Shown one piece after another: positions 10,213 to 23,669 of a stretch of DNA of 62,927 nucleotides. The stretch covers positions 1 through 62,927 of the forward strand of contig JBFLGF010000172.1 of the NCBI GenBank assembly GCA_050230475.1, in the 5' to 3' direction. How positions within the stretch are numbered: position 1 is the stretch's first letter; each line of letters begins with the position of its first letter. The stretch comes from Ancylonema sp. Lineage: Eukaryota. The notes under the pieces are model-generated. The model saw nothing but the letters and a program-made list of their open reading frames with translations. It was not told the origin of the DNA and searched no databases. The translations under genes were made by a program, and so were the position numbers.

Positions 10213-13200
10213 ATGCCTGACCTTAAAATGCGAGCAAGACGGGAGTCCAAAAACCCACTGAAAAGAGGTAATATATCCGCGAATCTAAAAATTAATAACA
10301 AGTTTTTAGAGGAGGCTGAACTGGGGGAAAGGGCTGAAACAGAGAGGAGGACCGTTAAAATCCAGAACAAATCTCTAAAACGGAGTGAAGAGGAGGTACA
10401 GTCTACCTTACATAAAGTGGAGAACCTGAAAGATGATTTGTTAACACCTTGTTCGTCGTTAGGCGCTGTTGGATTGTTACAAAAGGCCTTAGACCATGGT
10501 GCTTTCAAGAACCAAGACGGGATGCTTCCCAACATCACAGAGACTTGTAAAAATCTACTATCTGAATCTATAACTCTTGTAAGAAATGGAGCACGGTATG
10601 CTACTACTACGAAGAAGCTTTATGAAAGCATTTGGAATACTGGGGGTCTTGCAGTGCATGGTCTTGTTTCATTGAATCTTAAGGGTCCTACAATAAAAAC
10701 TACAAAAAAAGAGTATACAAATAATGCATGGTTATATGATGGCCGCATCCCAGATGCAAAATCGGGTTTTAGGGTATGGCTTTGTTTACGATATGAGGGG
10801 TTCAAGGCAGCAGCCAACTTGAGTGGACCAGTACCATTTGAGTTGGCTGAGGACGAGACGTCAGTAATACCAACTGTCACATGGAACCCTCGTACATATG
10901 AACTAGAAGGGTTTTGTGGACCTCTCACTGAAAACCCCAAATCATATAAGCGTTCGTTTGATGTTCATGCTCTTGCGACTACTGGTGAAAGTATTTATTC
11001 TGCATTCAACAACTTTAAAGTTGGCAACATGCTTCGACTTCTCATCCTCAACCCTCTTACGCCTGGCCTGCCTCCCATACCAGTAGTTGTTCTTCCCACC
11101 TGTAATAAATTCTCCACTGATGAAGTCACTGCTCAGCATGAACAAGTCTTGGGTTTCGCACATTCATTTCTAAGCGAAATTGTTGGTCCTGTAGTAGGGT
11201 TGGCATCTGATGGTGATGCAAGGCGGAGATCCGAGACTTTGCAAGTTGTTCATGGTGTATACGGAATTGACAGGCCTAGTTTCCGTTACAAGGCAAATAT
11301 TTCCAACAGACTTCCCCTCCTTATGAACCAAGACCCTTTACACTGTGGTAAGAAAGTCCGAAATGCTCTACTAACCAGTAGAGACATATATTGGGGCGAC
11401 CATCTCATATCTATCCAACATATAAAGACTATATTGCAAAATTTACCAAAAGAGGAGCATGGGTTGCAAAAGTGTGATGTTGATGTACGAGACAAACAGA
11501 ACGTTGATGCTACATTGAGGTTGTTTTTTCCAAGGGTTACGAAGTGCTTGCATAAGATGTTGTGTGGGTTTACAGATGGGGAGGGTCGGTTGATCCAATT
11601 TACTGGGTGTGAGGGAACGATCGGTCACCTAGAAGTCATGCACTGGTATTTGAGCATTTTCTACGGCGCTCATTCTTTGATTGACCGAGTCTTTCTTGCC
11701 TCTTTTGTTTTCCATCTTCTCGATGACGGGACGGCATTCATAAAACTAAGAAAAACAGCGAATGTGCGAGACAACTGGATATCTCGTGAGTGTGTAATTG
11801 ATGTCCAGCTGGGTTGTTGTTATGTTGTGAACCGTATCCGCATGTTCAGGGATTTCTTTGCCCACCTGCCTGTGTCTATGTTTCTTGTCGGTTCAGATTG
11901 CTGTGAACAATTTTTCAGTTTGCTTAGGCAACAAGTAATCACTCGACATAATTTGACGTTTGGTGATGCGGTCCAACGGGTGTCCAAATTGAGTAGACTG
12001 GCAGAACTGAAAGGTACAAGAGGGGTTAGTTTTGAAAAACACAAGAATCGGACTAACGTGTGGGAAAAGGAACTAGGAGATGTGGAGATGCCCTGTCAAT
12101 CCGCGTATGAAACAATTAACGACAATGCAGTTTGTGACGCGTGGGACAGAGGATTTTCAGAAGCGAAGTTGAGAGCAACATCTGTGGGAATGGGTCCCTT
12201 GCTAGAGGCTAATGGAGCCCTTCATTGTCCATGGCTATTTGCAAGTATTTATAACAGAGCCAAGCCAATAGATACCGAGACCGACTTTGTTCCTCCCCCC
12301 CACACTGACTCTGTCGTTGAAACTCAAACCGACTCTCTCCTTCAAACCCAAACCGACTCTGTCCTTAAAACTCGGACCGACTCTATCCTTCGCCCACACA
12401 CCGACTCTCTCCTTCAAATCCAAACCGACTCTATCCTTCAAACCCAAACCGACTCTGTCCATCGCCCACACACCGACTCTGTCCTTGAAACCCAAACCGA
12501 CCCTGTCCTTCTCCCACATATTGACTCTTTCCTTGAAAGTCAGACCGGCGCAAGTCCTCACACCCATACCGATTCTGTCTTTGAAACTCAGCCTGACGAT
12601 GATCTTGACAATGTGACGGACTTTGAACCCGGTCTTATTTCCCCCTCCCCGAAAGTTAGTGCAACAGTGGAATTATTGGGAAGGGGGTTTGTGTGGAAGC
12701 AAAAGTTGGTCAATGAATTGAACAAAGATCCAGGATTTCAATCACATGATCGTTTGAGGCGTGTTATTCAAACCCACTCAGAGTACCATTTGGACTCCGA
12801 CCTCCCCACTGCCCACGATTCTTGTACTTTATGTGTTTTCCAGTATGTGCTTGTATATCTCTCTTTGCATAACCGCTTCGTTATTGGAAAGGTTGAAAAA
12901 ATGTGGATGGTTGGTTTGAAGGGGGCCCGGTCTGTTGTCCATGGGTCTGTGAATATAAAAACGAATGCCCCTCCTATCCACTTCATGCTAACACCGGTAA
13001 CTCTTACTGCCCAATCTGACGTTGCCTCCATTTGGCAATTAGCTCCGGCCAAGGATGGTCACATTACTTTGCAAAAGCCCCAAATTGTATCAAAAGTTGA
13101 CTTTAAACTAATAGATAACAATTTACTAAAGTTAGAAGCAAACGAATGGTGTAGACTGCAGCGGTTGTCTGCAAAAAAGTTAGTTGAGTTAAAGGGGTAG
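10213..13200 (+). CDS. P-element-like DDE transposase core (995-aa ORF)
   Basis: Ordered motifs AEDET, ASDGD, QDPLHCGKKVRN (DxxH), DKQN and SDCCEQFFSLLRQ resemble the P superfamily D/D/DxxH/E signature. Lies inside a TIR element with an 8-bp TSD. Confidence 0.8.
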   Translation: MPDLKMRARRESKNPLKRGNISANLKINNKFLEEAELGERAETERRTVKIQNKSLKRSEEEVQSTLHKVENLKDDLLTPCSSLGAVGLLQKALDHGAFKNQDGMLPNITETCKNLLSESITLVRNGARYATTTKKLYESIWNTGGLAVHGLVSLNLKGPTIKTTKKEYTNNAWLYDGRIPDAKSGFRVWLCLRYEGFKAAANLSGPVPFELAEDETSVIPTVTWNPRTYELEGFCGPLTENPKSYKRSFDVHALATTGESIYSAFNNFKVGNMLRLLILNPLTPGLPPIPVVVLPTCNKFSTDEVTAQHEQVLGFAHSFLSEIVGPVVGLASDGDARRRSETLQVVHGVYGIDRPSFRYKANISNRLPLLMNQDPLHCGKKVRNALLTSRDIYWGDHLISIQHIKTILQNLPKEEHGLQKCDVDVRDKQNVDATLRLFFPRVTKCLHKMLCGFTDGEGRLIQFTGCEGTIGHLEVMHWYLSIFYGAHSLIDRVFLASFVFHLLDDGTAFIKLRKTANVRDNWISRECVIDVQLGCCYVVNRIRMFRDFFAHLPVSMFLVGSDCCEQFFSLLRQQVITRHNLTFGDAVQRVSKLSRLAELKGTRGVSFEKHKNRTNVWEKELGDVEMPCQSAYETINDNAVCDAWDRGFSEAKLRATSVGMGPLLEANGALHCPWLFASIYNRAKPIDTETDFVPPPHTDSVVETQTDSLLQTQTDSVLKTRTDSILRPHTDSLLQIQTDSILQTQTDSVHRPHTDSVLETQTDPVLLPHIDSFLESQTGASPHTHTDSVFETQPDDDLDNVTDFEPGLISPSPKVSATVELLGRGFVWKQKLVNELNKDPGFQSHDRLRRVIQTHSEYHLDSDLPTAHDSCTLCVFQYVLVYLSLHNRFVIGKVEKMWMVGLKGARSVVHGSVNIKTNAPPIHFMLTPVTLTAQSDVASIWQLAPAKDGHITLQKPQIVSKVDFKLIDNNLLKLEANEWCRLQRLSAKKLVELKG
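12280..12590 (+). repeat. 24-bp coding minisatellite (TDSxLxTQ/PH) in transposase
   Basis: About 12-13 degenerate accgactct... units, in frame. Confidence 0.9.
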
Positions 13201-13298
13201 CTTGGGTGGTCAAAAAAAGAGGGTTTTTTTGTTTTGGGTTCGTAGTATAGGTAAGTTTGCTTGTTTTAGGGTTACGGGCATTTTTTTGTTGGCTGCAG

Positions 13299-14760
<1,462 letters not shown>

Positions 14761-15835
14761 TGTTCCCACATCATCCGTTGGCTTGTGGCTGACTCATTGG
14801 GGATTAAGTCAATGTAGAGGTTGTGACACATTACATGAGGGTACTTTAGGCTATTTGGACTTCCACAACTGAAGGGGTAGGAGTATTGTTGGTATATATA
14901 TGTATAGTGTGGTACCAAAATAGAAGAGCGGAAGAGTAGATACTTGAATTTTGGTAGTGGTGGCTATGTGGACTCTACGTGATGGAATGAAAAGACTCCA
15001 ATAGGTAGTACCAATTTAGCGTTTAGTAGGAACCTCCATATTTGAGACATTGTCGAAGGTTTTGCTACTTGTTTGTTGGTATGTTTTCAAAGCATGTGCA
15101 AGCCGACAAACTATGTGGCTGGGATAGCACATAGGGATGTACCAGAAGGCCCCCCTAGTCCCCCACTTTTGGTGCAATCCACAGGGGCGTGCATGCCAAG
15201 AAGATGTATCGATTAACAATTGGCAGGCTTGAGATTGTGTCTCCTAATACTAGAATATGAAAGAGTGAGATACTCATTGTTCGCCCCCCGCTAATGTTGG
15301 TGAAGAAAATGTAAAGACATAATGATAAAGTGGTTAGCAAATATGTAATTGTTCATTGCGATTTTGGGCTAAGAGGTTTATAAATTGGTTTACGATAAAC
15401 ACATAAACACACAAAAAACTAATATATATTTTCTTCCCAAAAAATACTCCACTACACCACACATAATTGTTTTCCTTCATTACCCCGATAAACAAAACAT
15501 ATTTCACAGTCTTCTTCACTACATGACATGAGATGCACACACTCGAAAGAAGAAAAAATCGCAAGGGTACATGAATGCAAGGAGTCGACAACAAATGAAC
15601 TACAACGCCTTGCTAGACATGGCAATGTAGACCTTGGTGGACACTTGCCACAATTGCCTCTGAACGGTCCGAAACACTAGATCACCGATACTGGACGGGT
15701 GCGGGTCCGGGACGATGTAGTAATAATTTTGGCCCTTAATTTTCGATTCATGGTGTGTTTGGTAATGCAGATGGTATTAAACGTACCGTATTTCACAAGT
15801 GTAACGTGTGGTGCGATTTCCTAATCAGTCATTTA

Positions 15836-17175
15836 CCGTACTGGGCACCGTAATTGATTTTTAATTAATTTTTGAAACCCGAAATCAATCATTTATATTA
15901 ACACCTATGAGGTCGGACTCATTAACCAAAAATCATTGATATTAATACCACTTTTGGATTTGTTTTGAATTTGGTATGTAGGTTACCAGAAATCATTGCC
16001 AAAAATCATCAATAAGAACTACCGGTTTCTCGGAATCTTTTTTACAAATCATTAACAAAATATTTTTTTGGGCCAGCTCGCGCGGCACTGCCTCCATATG
16101 CCACCTTGGCCGTGGCTTCTCCGTGGCTTCTATTCCTCACTTGCAACCGACACTTCTTGATGCTACCCACGCTCCTGCGTTTGAGGTGCTTGTGGCGAGC
16201 ACCGATCTCGCGACATCGAGGGCAAGGCTTCGGTCCGCCAGTGGACCCGGTGCGGGTCATTGCCCCCATCATTCCCTCCCTTCGTATCCCCCTTCCCCTA
16301 TTCCTTACTGCCGTGCGCTTGCGCCTCGGGTTTCCCCACCCTTGTCTTGCTACCTATGATACGTGCGCGTGCGGCAACTCTATGGACGCCCTGGGTACGC
16401 ATCTTATGCGCTGCAGTCGAGGGGGGGAGCGCACTTCATCTCATGACTCGGTGCGAGATTCCGTATATCACATCCTCCGCGAGTCGGGTCCGCATGTTCA
16501 ACGAGAACGTACGGGGTTTCTTCCGTCTTCCGCTCCGGGCGGTCGTGGGGGGCGAGTGGATATTGTTATTTCGGATGTGGTGGAGGGGCATATTTTGGTG
16601 GATGTGGTCATTGCTCACCCCACGCGGCGTGACTTGGTGGATCTCGCGGCTTGTCGAGGGTTGGTGGCCGCATAAGATGCAGAACGGCGCAAAGAAACTC
16701 ATTATCGTGATCGCGCGGCAGGGACCAAGTTTATCCCGTTTGCGTTAGAGGCGTACGGTGCGCTTTCCGATGCAAGCAATCGGTTATTGGTGGATTGTGC
16801 TCACCGTGCGGCGCAACTGAATAGGCGATCGGGGCGGAATGTTAGTTTGTTAGTTACTTGGTTTCGGCAGAGAGTTTCTGTTGCTTTACAACGTTCTCTA
16901 GCACATGCAATCCATGCTAGAACGTTGCGATTGGAAGAGGGTATGGCTCTGTTTACCCTCCCCCCCCTCCGCGGGTGTTATTGTCGTCACAGCAAAGTTA
17001 AGGATTGTTGCTCGTTAGGGTTGGGGTTGTTTTCCTTCTTCTGTTCCGTTTTAGGTTGGTACGATAACGTGGTGTTGTACTCAGATGGGGTTCCCATCGT
17101 GTTGAATAAAATGCGTCTTTCGGTAAAAATAATTCGTTTTGAAAAAACAGAAATCATTTACGGTGCCCAGTACGG
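15836..17175. mobile_element. Tc1/mariner (pogo-like) MITE hosting a LINE fragment
   Basis: TIR CCGTACTGGGCACCGTAAWTGATTT (1 mismatch in 25) with TA on both sides (15834-15835, 17176-17177). Confidence 0.85.
16070..17120 (+). mobile_element. 5'-truncated RLE-type (CRE-like) non-LTR retrotransposon
   Basis: RLRLG, CACG..HLMRC, HDSVRD, RVDI..LVDV, E.RK..HY and FIPFALEAYG: C-terminal zinc finger plus restriction-like endonuclease. In-frame stop at 16673-16675; AATAAA near 17105. Confidence 0.85.
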
Positions 17176-19653
17176 TAACCACCAAACATTAAAAAAACAA
17201 CAAAAAAAAAACCGTTCACTTTTTTCTAGAAATCTCGTTCACTTCGGTCAAATCCCCGTTCATCCGTTCAAAAGCCTCATCTCGAGGAATTTGGCGCACG
17301 AGCATGGCCCGTTCACTTTTTTTCCACTAAAACGCCCGTATCTCGACCGTCCGTCATCGGATTGGGAAAAAAAAAAATGCGTTTTCAAGCTCTGAACAAA
17401 ATCTAGCATCACATTTTTTTTGGGAGCATTTCGAGCATTAACGCGGAAGCGGCGGTGCGTCGAACATGGCCCGTTCACTTTTTCCGGCCCGGAGTTCCCC
17501 CCCCAGGGAGTCATACTCGCTCGAGTCAACCCCCCGTACAAAGAGGTCAAGAGCAATTTTCAGTTGGTGGACACGAAGCCATCACTAGAGCGGATTGAAC
17601 AGTCGTTAAGGGACTTCGATCTATAATCCAGGAGAAAGAAAGACACGCCATCAATGACGGAAGGAGCGGCCCACATGACAGAGGAGGCTATTCTGTGGGT
17701 ATAGCGATCAGCAAGCGGTCGCAGTATTGATTGGAACAACAACTAAGGAGGCACCGGCTACAGTGGCGATGCAAGGGGCAGTGGCGGTGGAAGCAGCTAC
17801 AACGGGAACAGGAATTCGGGACTATGTTACAATTGTGGAGAGCCTGGCCACATCGCTCGAAACTGCACATCGACGGAGACCCGGTGCAATCATTGCGGCC
17901 GACGAGGTCACATGGAGAATGTATGTAGAGCAAAGGAGCAGGGGGTGCCATCAATGGCTGAGCGGCAGCGACATTCCAACCGAGAACGTCGAGGCGGGAC
18001 CCAGTATGGGGGTGGACAGAGCGGAGATGGACAAGGGGAGATGCAGTAGTTCGAAAGGACCAACAACAGGAGTGTGTATGAAGGATTTGCATTGGGAACA
18101 GAAATCATGCCAACCGGGATCCTCAGGATAAGAGAGACAAAGAAATGCATGATCGACACCGGCTCTTCCGAGCACGTCTGCTGCGACATCCAGTCGTTTC
18201 ACACTCTTGAGAGCGTCGACGAAGAAATAACCTTGCAATTCGTTAGTGGAAGCATCCAGGTGACGCACATCGGAACAATCCTATTGGAGGTCGACGGCGA
18301 ATTTGGCAAGATGCTCACACACCTGTATGGAGTGTTATACATCCCGGGAGGAGCAATGAATCTGATCTCGGTGCAGCGCCTAAGGGAGAGCGACATCACC
18401 CCAGATTGGCGACTCAGATACAAGAAGAAGGTGGTCAGGCCATGCCCGGAGCTGAGAGAAGTGCAGAATCCCGACGATCGATTCTACCAAGTGGCCACGG
18501 GGACGGAGGATGATCAAGTCCGTTCGTATCAGGACTGCCGTGTGAGACACAAGTGGGAGTACAAGGGATTGGACCATCTCTACGTGCATCAGGATTTGTG
18601 CAACAAGAAAGGAGAAAGATGTATCTTAGGTTGGGGATCAGAGGCATGGAATATTGCCGAGCGAGCATATGCGGAGGGATACACGGAGCCGCTACCTATG
18701 ACAAGAGATCTACCAGACTGCATCATTACGGGGAACATCATCCGAGTGGCCTTGATGCTGACAAATCTCAGTGAAATCAGCAGCGAGAGAGTGGAGCCAA
18801 ATAATTCACTTCAAAGGACAGTGTGGAGAGATGGATCGATAATGTTGCAGAGGCCCAGAGAAAATGAGAAAGAGTGGGGAATGATTTCAGAATGACTATG
18901 GCAAACAAGCAAGTGCTAAAGTCCAGCGATCAGGAGGCAGAGGCAGTGATGAAGGTGAATCTGGAGCCAGAAGATGAGGAAGAAGTTCTAGACCTCGTGG
19001 ACGAGAGTGAGGAAGAGAAGGAAAACGAAGGCAACGAGCTGCAAATCTGGAAACAGAACAAGGAAAGTGGAGGGACTCGAAGAAGGAGCGAGGACGTGAT
19101 GATGCATCGAGGAGGAACAAGATGTTGGAGAGTGACCGTCAACAACAGAAGGCATTCATAGAGAGAGCAGACTTGGTGACAATCGATGGGGGAATCAAGT
19201 TTCAAGATAAAGGAGTGCAATCCTTGTACATTCCAGCTGGATTCAATGGGATTGACAATACGCTGGTAGACTCTGAAGCCAGCAATCAGATCAGCATTGA
19301 ACATGGACGGTATATCGATGATTAGTTTCCTGTGAGAAAATATTTGACAGAATTGACGGTGTGACATTCCGAATAGTCAAGTGAATGATATGAGGATGAA
19401 GAAAAGAAGCACATATGGCTGAGTAAACAAGTTCAGAATATGTTTTGAATCAAGGTGACAGGAATTGGGATATGAGAGAAAGAGGAGATGAACTTTTGGA
19501 TCAGTGTTTCTTTTGTACAATAAAGATGTCAACCTTTTAAGAATCAGTAAGAGACAAAAGTATGATAAGTACGGTTAGATGACTTTCTTTTTGGGATATG
19601 GAACTTGTAATCAGTTGGTTGAAGTTTGTTAGATTTGTTTAAATTAGGGGGTG

Positions 19654-19889
19654 TATTGGAAGTAATTGAAAAAGGACATTTTGAAATATCGACATATTAG
19701 GGGTTATTTTGTAAAAGGACAATAAATTGTTCGGTAATTTTTTTCATCCACTATCTTCATTTGCAATCATATTGTTGCTTGATCTTATGGATGTTACCAG
19801 CGATCGTCAGCGTCAACTGAAGTATAGGTTGTCATAGCGTCAGTCGATGTATAGGCTGTCAAGAAGCATCAACCGGTGACTAGGTTGAC
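19654..19889 (+). repeat. 3' LTR, internally deleted and probably truncated
   Basis: Homologous to 6012-6094 plus ~6350-6509. Confidence 0.8.
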
Positions 19890-21159
19890 GCTGGATGTTG
19901 AGGGCCCACATTGGGCGCAACTGATATTGTCGTATGTCCACATAAGTAAGGAGCAATAGATAGACTAGTTGTGTGGAGTCCATCGATAAGTCAAACACCG
20001 TGGATTGTGATTTTCCTTTCTATATAAATGAAAATCTGCATTTCTTTAACCTCATGCGATTCTGATTATTTTTATGTAATTACCTAGTCCAGTGGATTCA
20101 CGCATGGAAGTATGCACATCTACAACAACTTGTGCATAAAACATGATAACCTTTAGTGAAGGAATATGCACCGACACAACTTCTCATACTTCTCAACTTC
20201 TCTTCTCAACTTGTCAACTTCTCAACTTCTCAACTCAACTTCTCAACTTCTCACTTCTCACTTCTTATCACTATCATCTTCGACATACATTTATTAAAAT
20301 CAACCACGTGCAAAAGATAACTAGAAGAGTCGTATATGCCTATGTGCAATTGGTGCTCGCATTAAAAAAAAGCTCACTACTTCCACATAGGAATCGCCTC
20401 TCAACCTACACACCATGTATGCACTATTCTTGTGAGCGGGGTGAGGGACACGAGAAACTCACCCAAAGTCAAAATGTCGAGGGTAGAAAAGGAAGCAACT
20501 TCAGTGAAGATAATGTCAACTACCCTAAGAACTCAAAATGAAATACCACAAACCCATACTTGATGAACATGAAAACAAAAAAACGACAATGGCAACCCAA
20601 ACCCTTAGGAGGAATTACATTGTCGGGTGAGGTTGCACGAAGGCTTCAGGATGATTCAAGTGGCAGATCAATTCATAAGTATTTATCTTTCTAACAATCT
20701 CAAATGGCGTTACCAAGAAACGGGGGGGGGCGGGGTAAATTAAGTGCTCGACAATACACCCTCACGATAGTCACATGAGTCATCACGTCTTCTTCTATCC
20801 CCAAAAGTTTCAGTGTCAACTTTGTTTAGATGGATGAAAGCCTAATTGGTGACTATGTCCAAAGCGAGGTCCCAACTTGTCAACACATTACATTCCCATT
20901 AATATCTCTCACAACTCATGTAATCTATAACCATTTACTACAATTCCGGGCTGCCGGCACTTGCACATCAAGAGCATCTTGATACAATACGAGATCTCAA
21001 TGCACCTCGTGTGTGCAAGACACCTTAAGCCTATAAAGCGCCATAGATCATCCCACCAGCATTTCCAGCACCCACTCCTCCATGATACCCTCATTATGTA
21101 CACACTTCATCACTACATCACTTCATCACTTCATCACTAGATCCCAACATCTCCATGTT

Positions 21160-23000
21160 TCAAAGTTTGCTCCGGACTTCTTCCTTTGATGGGCCCCGTG
21201 ACCTCGTTTCCACCGCTCGAGAAAATTGTCGGATGGCTTCCTTGGAGACATATCGGGGGTGATACAGCCACCCGGCCCCGTCCACCACTAAGGTTGCCCC
21301 TGATATGAACTTCCCTGAACAACATGCACTCGACTCTGCAGTTAGTAGCAGCCCGGGCAGCCTACCCTTGAAACCCGCAACTCGTTATCCTCAACTCGTG
21401 ATCTAAAACACGCCCCCAAATGCATGTCATGAGTCCATGATATTTCAACATCACCCAAGCTAAAACGGATTCCATTTTGACCTCCCAGCCTCCCAGCCAC
21501 CCAACCTCCCAACCTCCCAGCCTCCAAACCCTCCCTTATCCACCCTTGCAACCCCCACCCTGCAGCCAAACCAGCCTCTCACCAGCTGGCGACGCTAGGT
21601 AGAGAGCAGCCATAGCGATATCCCAGCTTTCCCCCATGGCTCCCCCCAGGGGGATGATCTTCCCCGGGTCCAGCCCCGCCTCCTCTGGGGCGAGCTTGGA
21701 CATCCCTGGAGTGTTCCCGATGGGCCCAGGGGCGATCACGTTGCAGCGGATGCCGAAGTCGGTGCCCCATTCGAGAGCTAAATTACGACTGGTGGCGTCA
21801 ACTGCAGCCTGGTTGATGAAGGAGGAGGAAGAGGACGAAGAGAGACAGGGTGCTTTCAGGGTTGAGATTCTGAGCGAGGTTTGAATGGCTTGAGCTGAAG
21901 TTGGACCAGTCTGTAGGCACCCCTCGGTATAGGCACACACCTCTGAAGGCACCAAAGTTCGAGAACGGAAATTATGATTCCCACACATTCTTTCCTCTAT
22001 AAAGGCACACACTGTTTGTGTAGGCACCAGAATATTCTCCACAAAACGGGTGCCTGGTGAGAGCGTTATCTGTGTGAAGCGTTGACTTGAGAATGGTTTG
22101 ATAGAAGTTACCTTAGCAGCATTGAGATGTGTCTGGTACCACCCCGCGGAGTAATGGAGAGTGGCGCTGATGTTTAGAATCAAACCGCCTTCTGTTTGCT
22201 CCTTCCCGTGCGCTCCCTGAGCTAAAAATGGACGTGCAGCAAGAGACATGCAGAAGGTGCCGACGGCATCTATCTCCATAACGGCGGGGGGGAAGAGCCA
22301 TTAGTGAGCCGGCTGCGATTTTGACAACTTCACGAAGATGGATTAAATATTAGAGGAGACCGGAGCTGGACGGGAGACGGTCGAGGGGAGTACCTGTGCG
22401 AAACGCATTCACAGAAAGGTCTTCTGATGCTGCAAGGAAGTTTCCTGCCGCTGCGTTGACCAGAATGTCCAATCGACCGAAGCGCGCAATACACTCCTGA
22501 ACTGCTCCTGACGCATCCTCTTTCTTCCGTACATCGCCCTGATAGAAGACTGCCTGCGCGACCCAGAGAGCTGTTCATAAGGGTCGAAGTTTGAGCGTCG
22601 CGATGGACCAGAGTTGGAATGCACATTATCGCAACTTGTGCACAGCCAGGCAATAATACTCAACCCCTCACACCAGCAGAGCCGGCATAATTTCACACAT
22701 TGCTCCTTTTCTCGTAGCAATTTCAGCAGGACAACTCACGGACCCCGATCGGATCAATCGATTGGTTAAGCTCCACGTGCGAGTGGTACAGCGTGAAGTA
22801 ATCCAGACTCTCACCTGTATGCCCTGAGCCTGCAGGGCCTCAACTGCCTTTCGAAGAACCTGGTCTCTGCGGCCCATGAGCGCAACTTTACAACCATGGC
22901 GGCCATACTGCGTCGCAATTTCAAGTCCGAGTCCAGATCCTCCACCAGTTATCAGGGCCACTTTATCTTTTAATGTACTATCTTTGAAAGGAGACTCCAT
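21160..23000 (-). CDS. DECR2: Peroxisomal 2,4-dienoyl-CoA reductase (SDR family)
   Basis: Exons 22815-23000, 22394-22553, 22112-22281, 21583-21808, 21160-21314. Motifs TGGGSGLG, NAAAGNFL, NISATLHY, NVIAPGPI, LVVDG. C-terminal PTS1 -RSKL*. Exon 3 acceptor reads CG as assembled. Confidence 0.92.
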
Positions 23001-23669
23001 CGCGACAGATCAAGAGCGTCTGGCTGTACAGCCATACCAAATTCCGCAGTGCGGGGATGCCACCATTGGTGGCCCACCAAGCGAACACCCTCTATGCCCT
23101 TAACCCTGGTCTCATACAGGGCATATGTTGTGGCGTAACCAAATGGCGCAGATTGGCACAGACTGGCGCGTAACATTTTGGCGCATTGCATTGACCGAAA
23201 TCAGCGCCTCCGCTCCCCGTGACATTTACGTCCGTCACCGTCACGACTGAGATCGTGCACATGACGGCGTCACGTGCACGAGTCGTGTGGTCTGTCGCTG
23301 TCTGGCGTCAATTTCCATGCATTCGGAATTTTAAGAAGGATCGGGGTGATTCAGTTCGCGCGTCACGGTCTGGCATCTTCTTCGAAATTGCTTGTGGCTG
23401 AACAGATCGACTGAGAACGGTCTCTGTCCCCCAAATGGCTCGCTCTGAATTGTTGCCGCGTTATTTCCATGAGAAAATTCATTACATACGTTCCTGCAAC
23501 AACGAGACTTCAGCGCGTGCCGTTGCTGGATGTCAGTACACATTTCTGACTTACAGCTCAGTCTGTACAGAGCAGCTTGTTGCACACACCGCTTGCTGTC
23601 TCTGCCTGGTGCATCGTTGTGCTGGCATAGTCACTTTATCACCCGGACTAGACGCGCACATCTCTGAAA

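Noticed and set aside
21137..21325. Apparent DECR2 C-terminal frameshift losing the PTS1
   Set aside because: The listed ORF is in another frame; the spliced frame ends ...EEVRSKL* at 21160.
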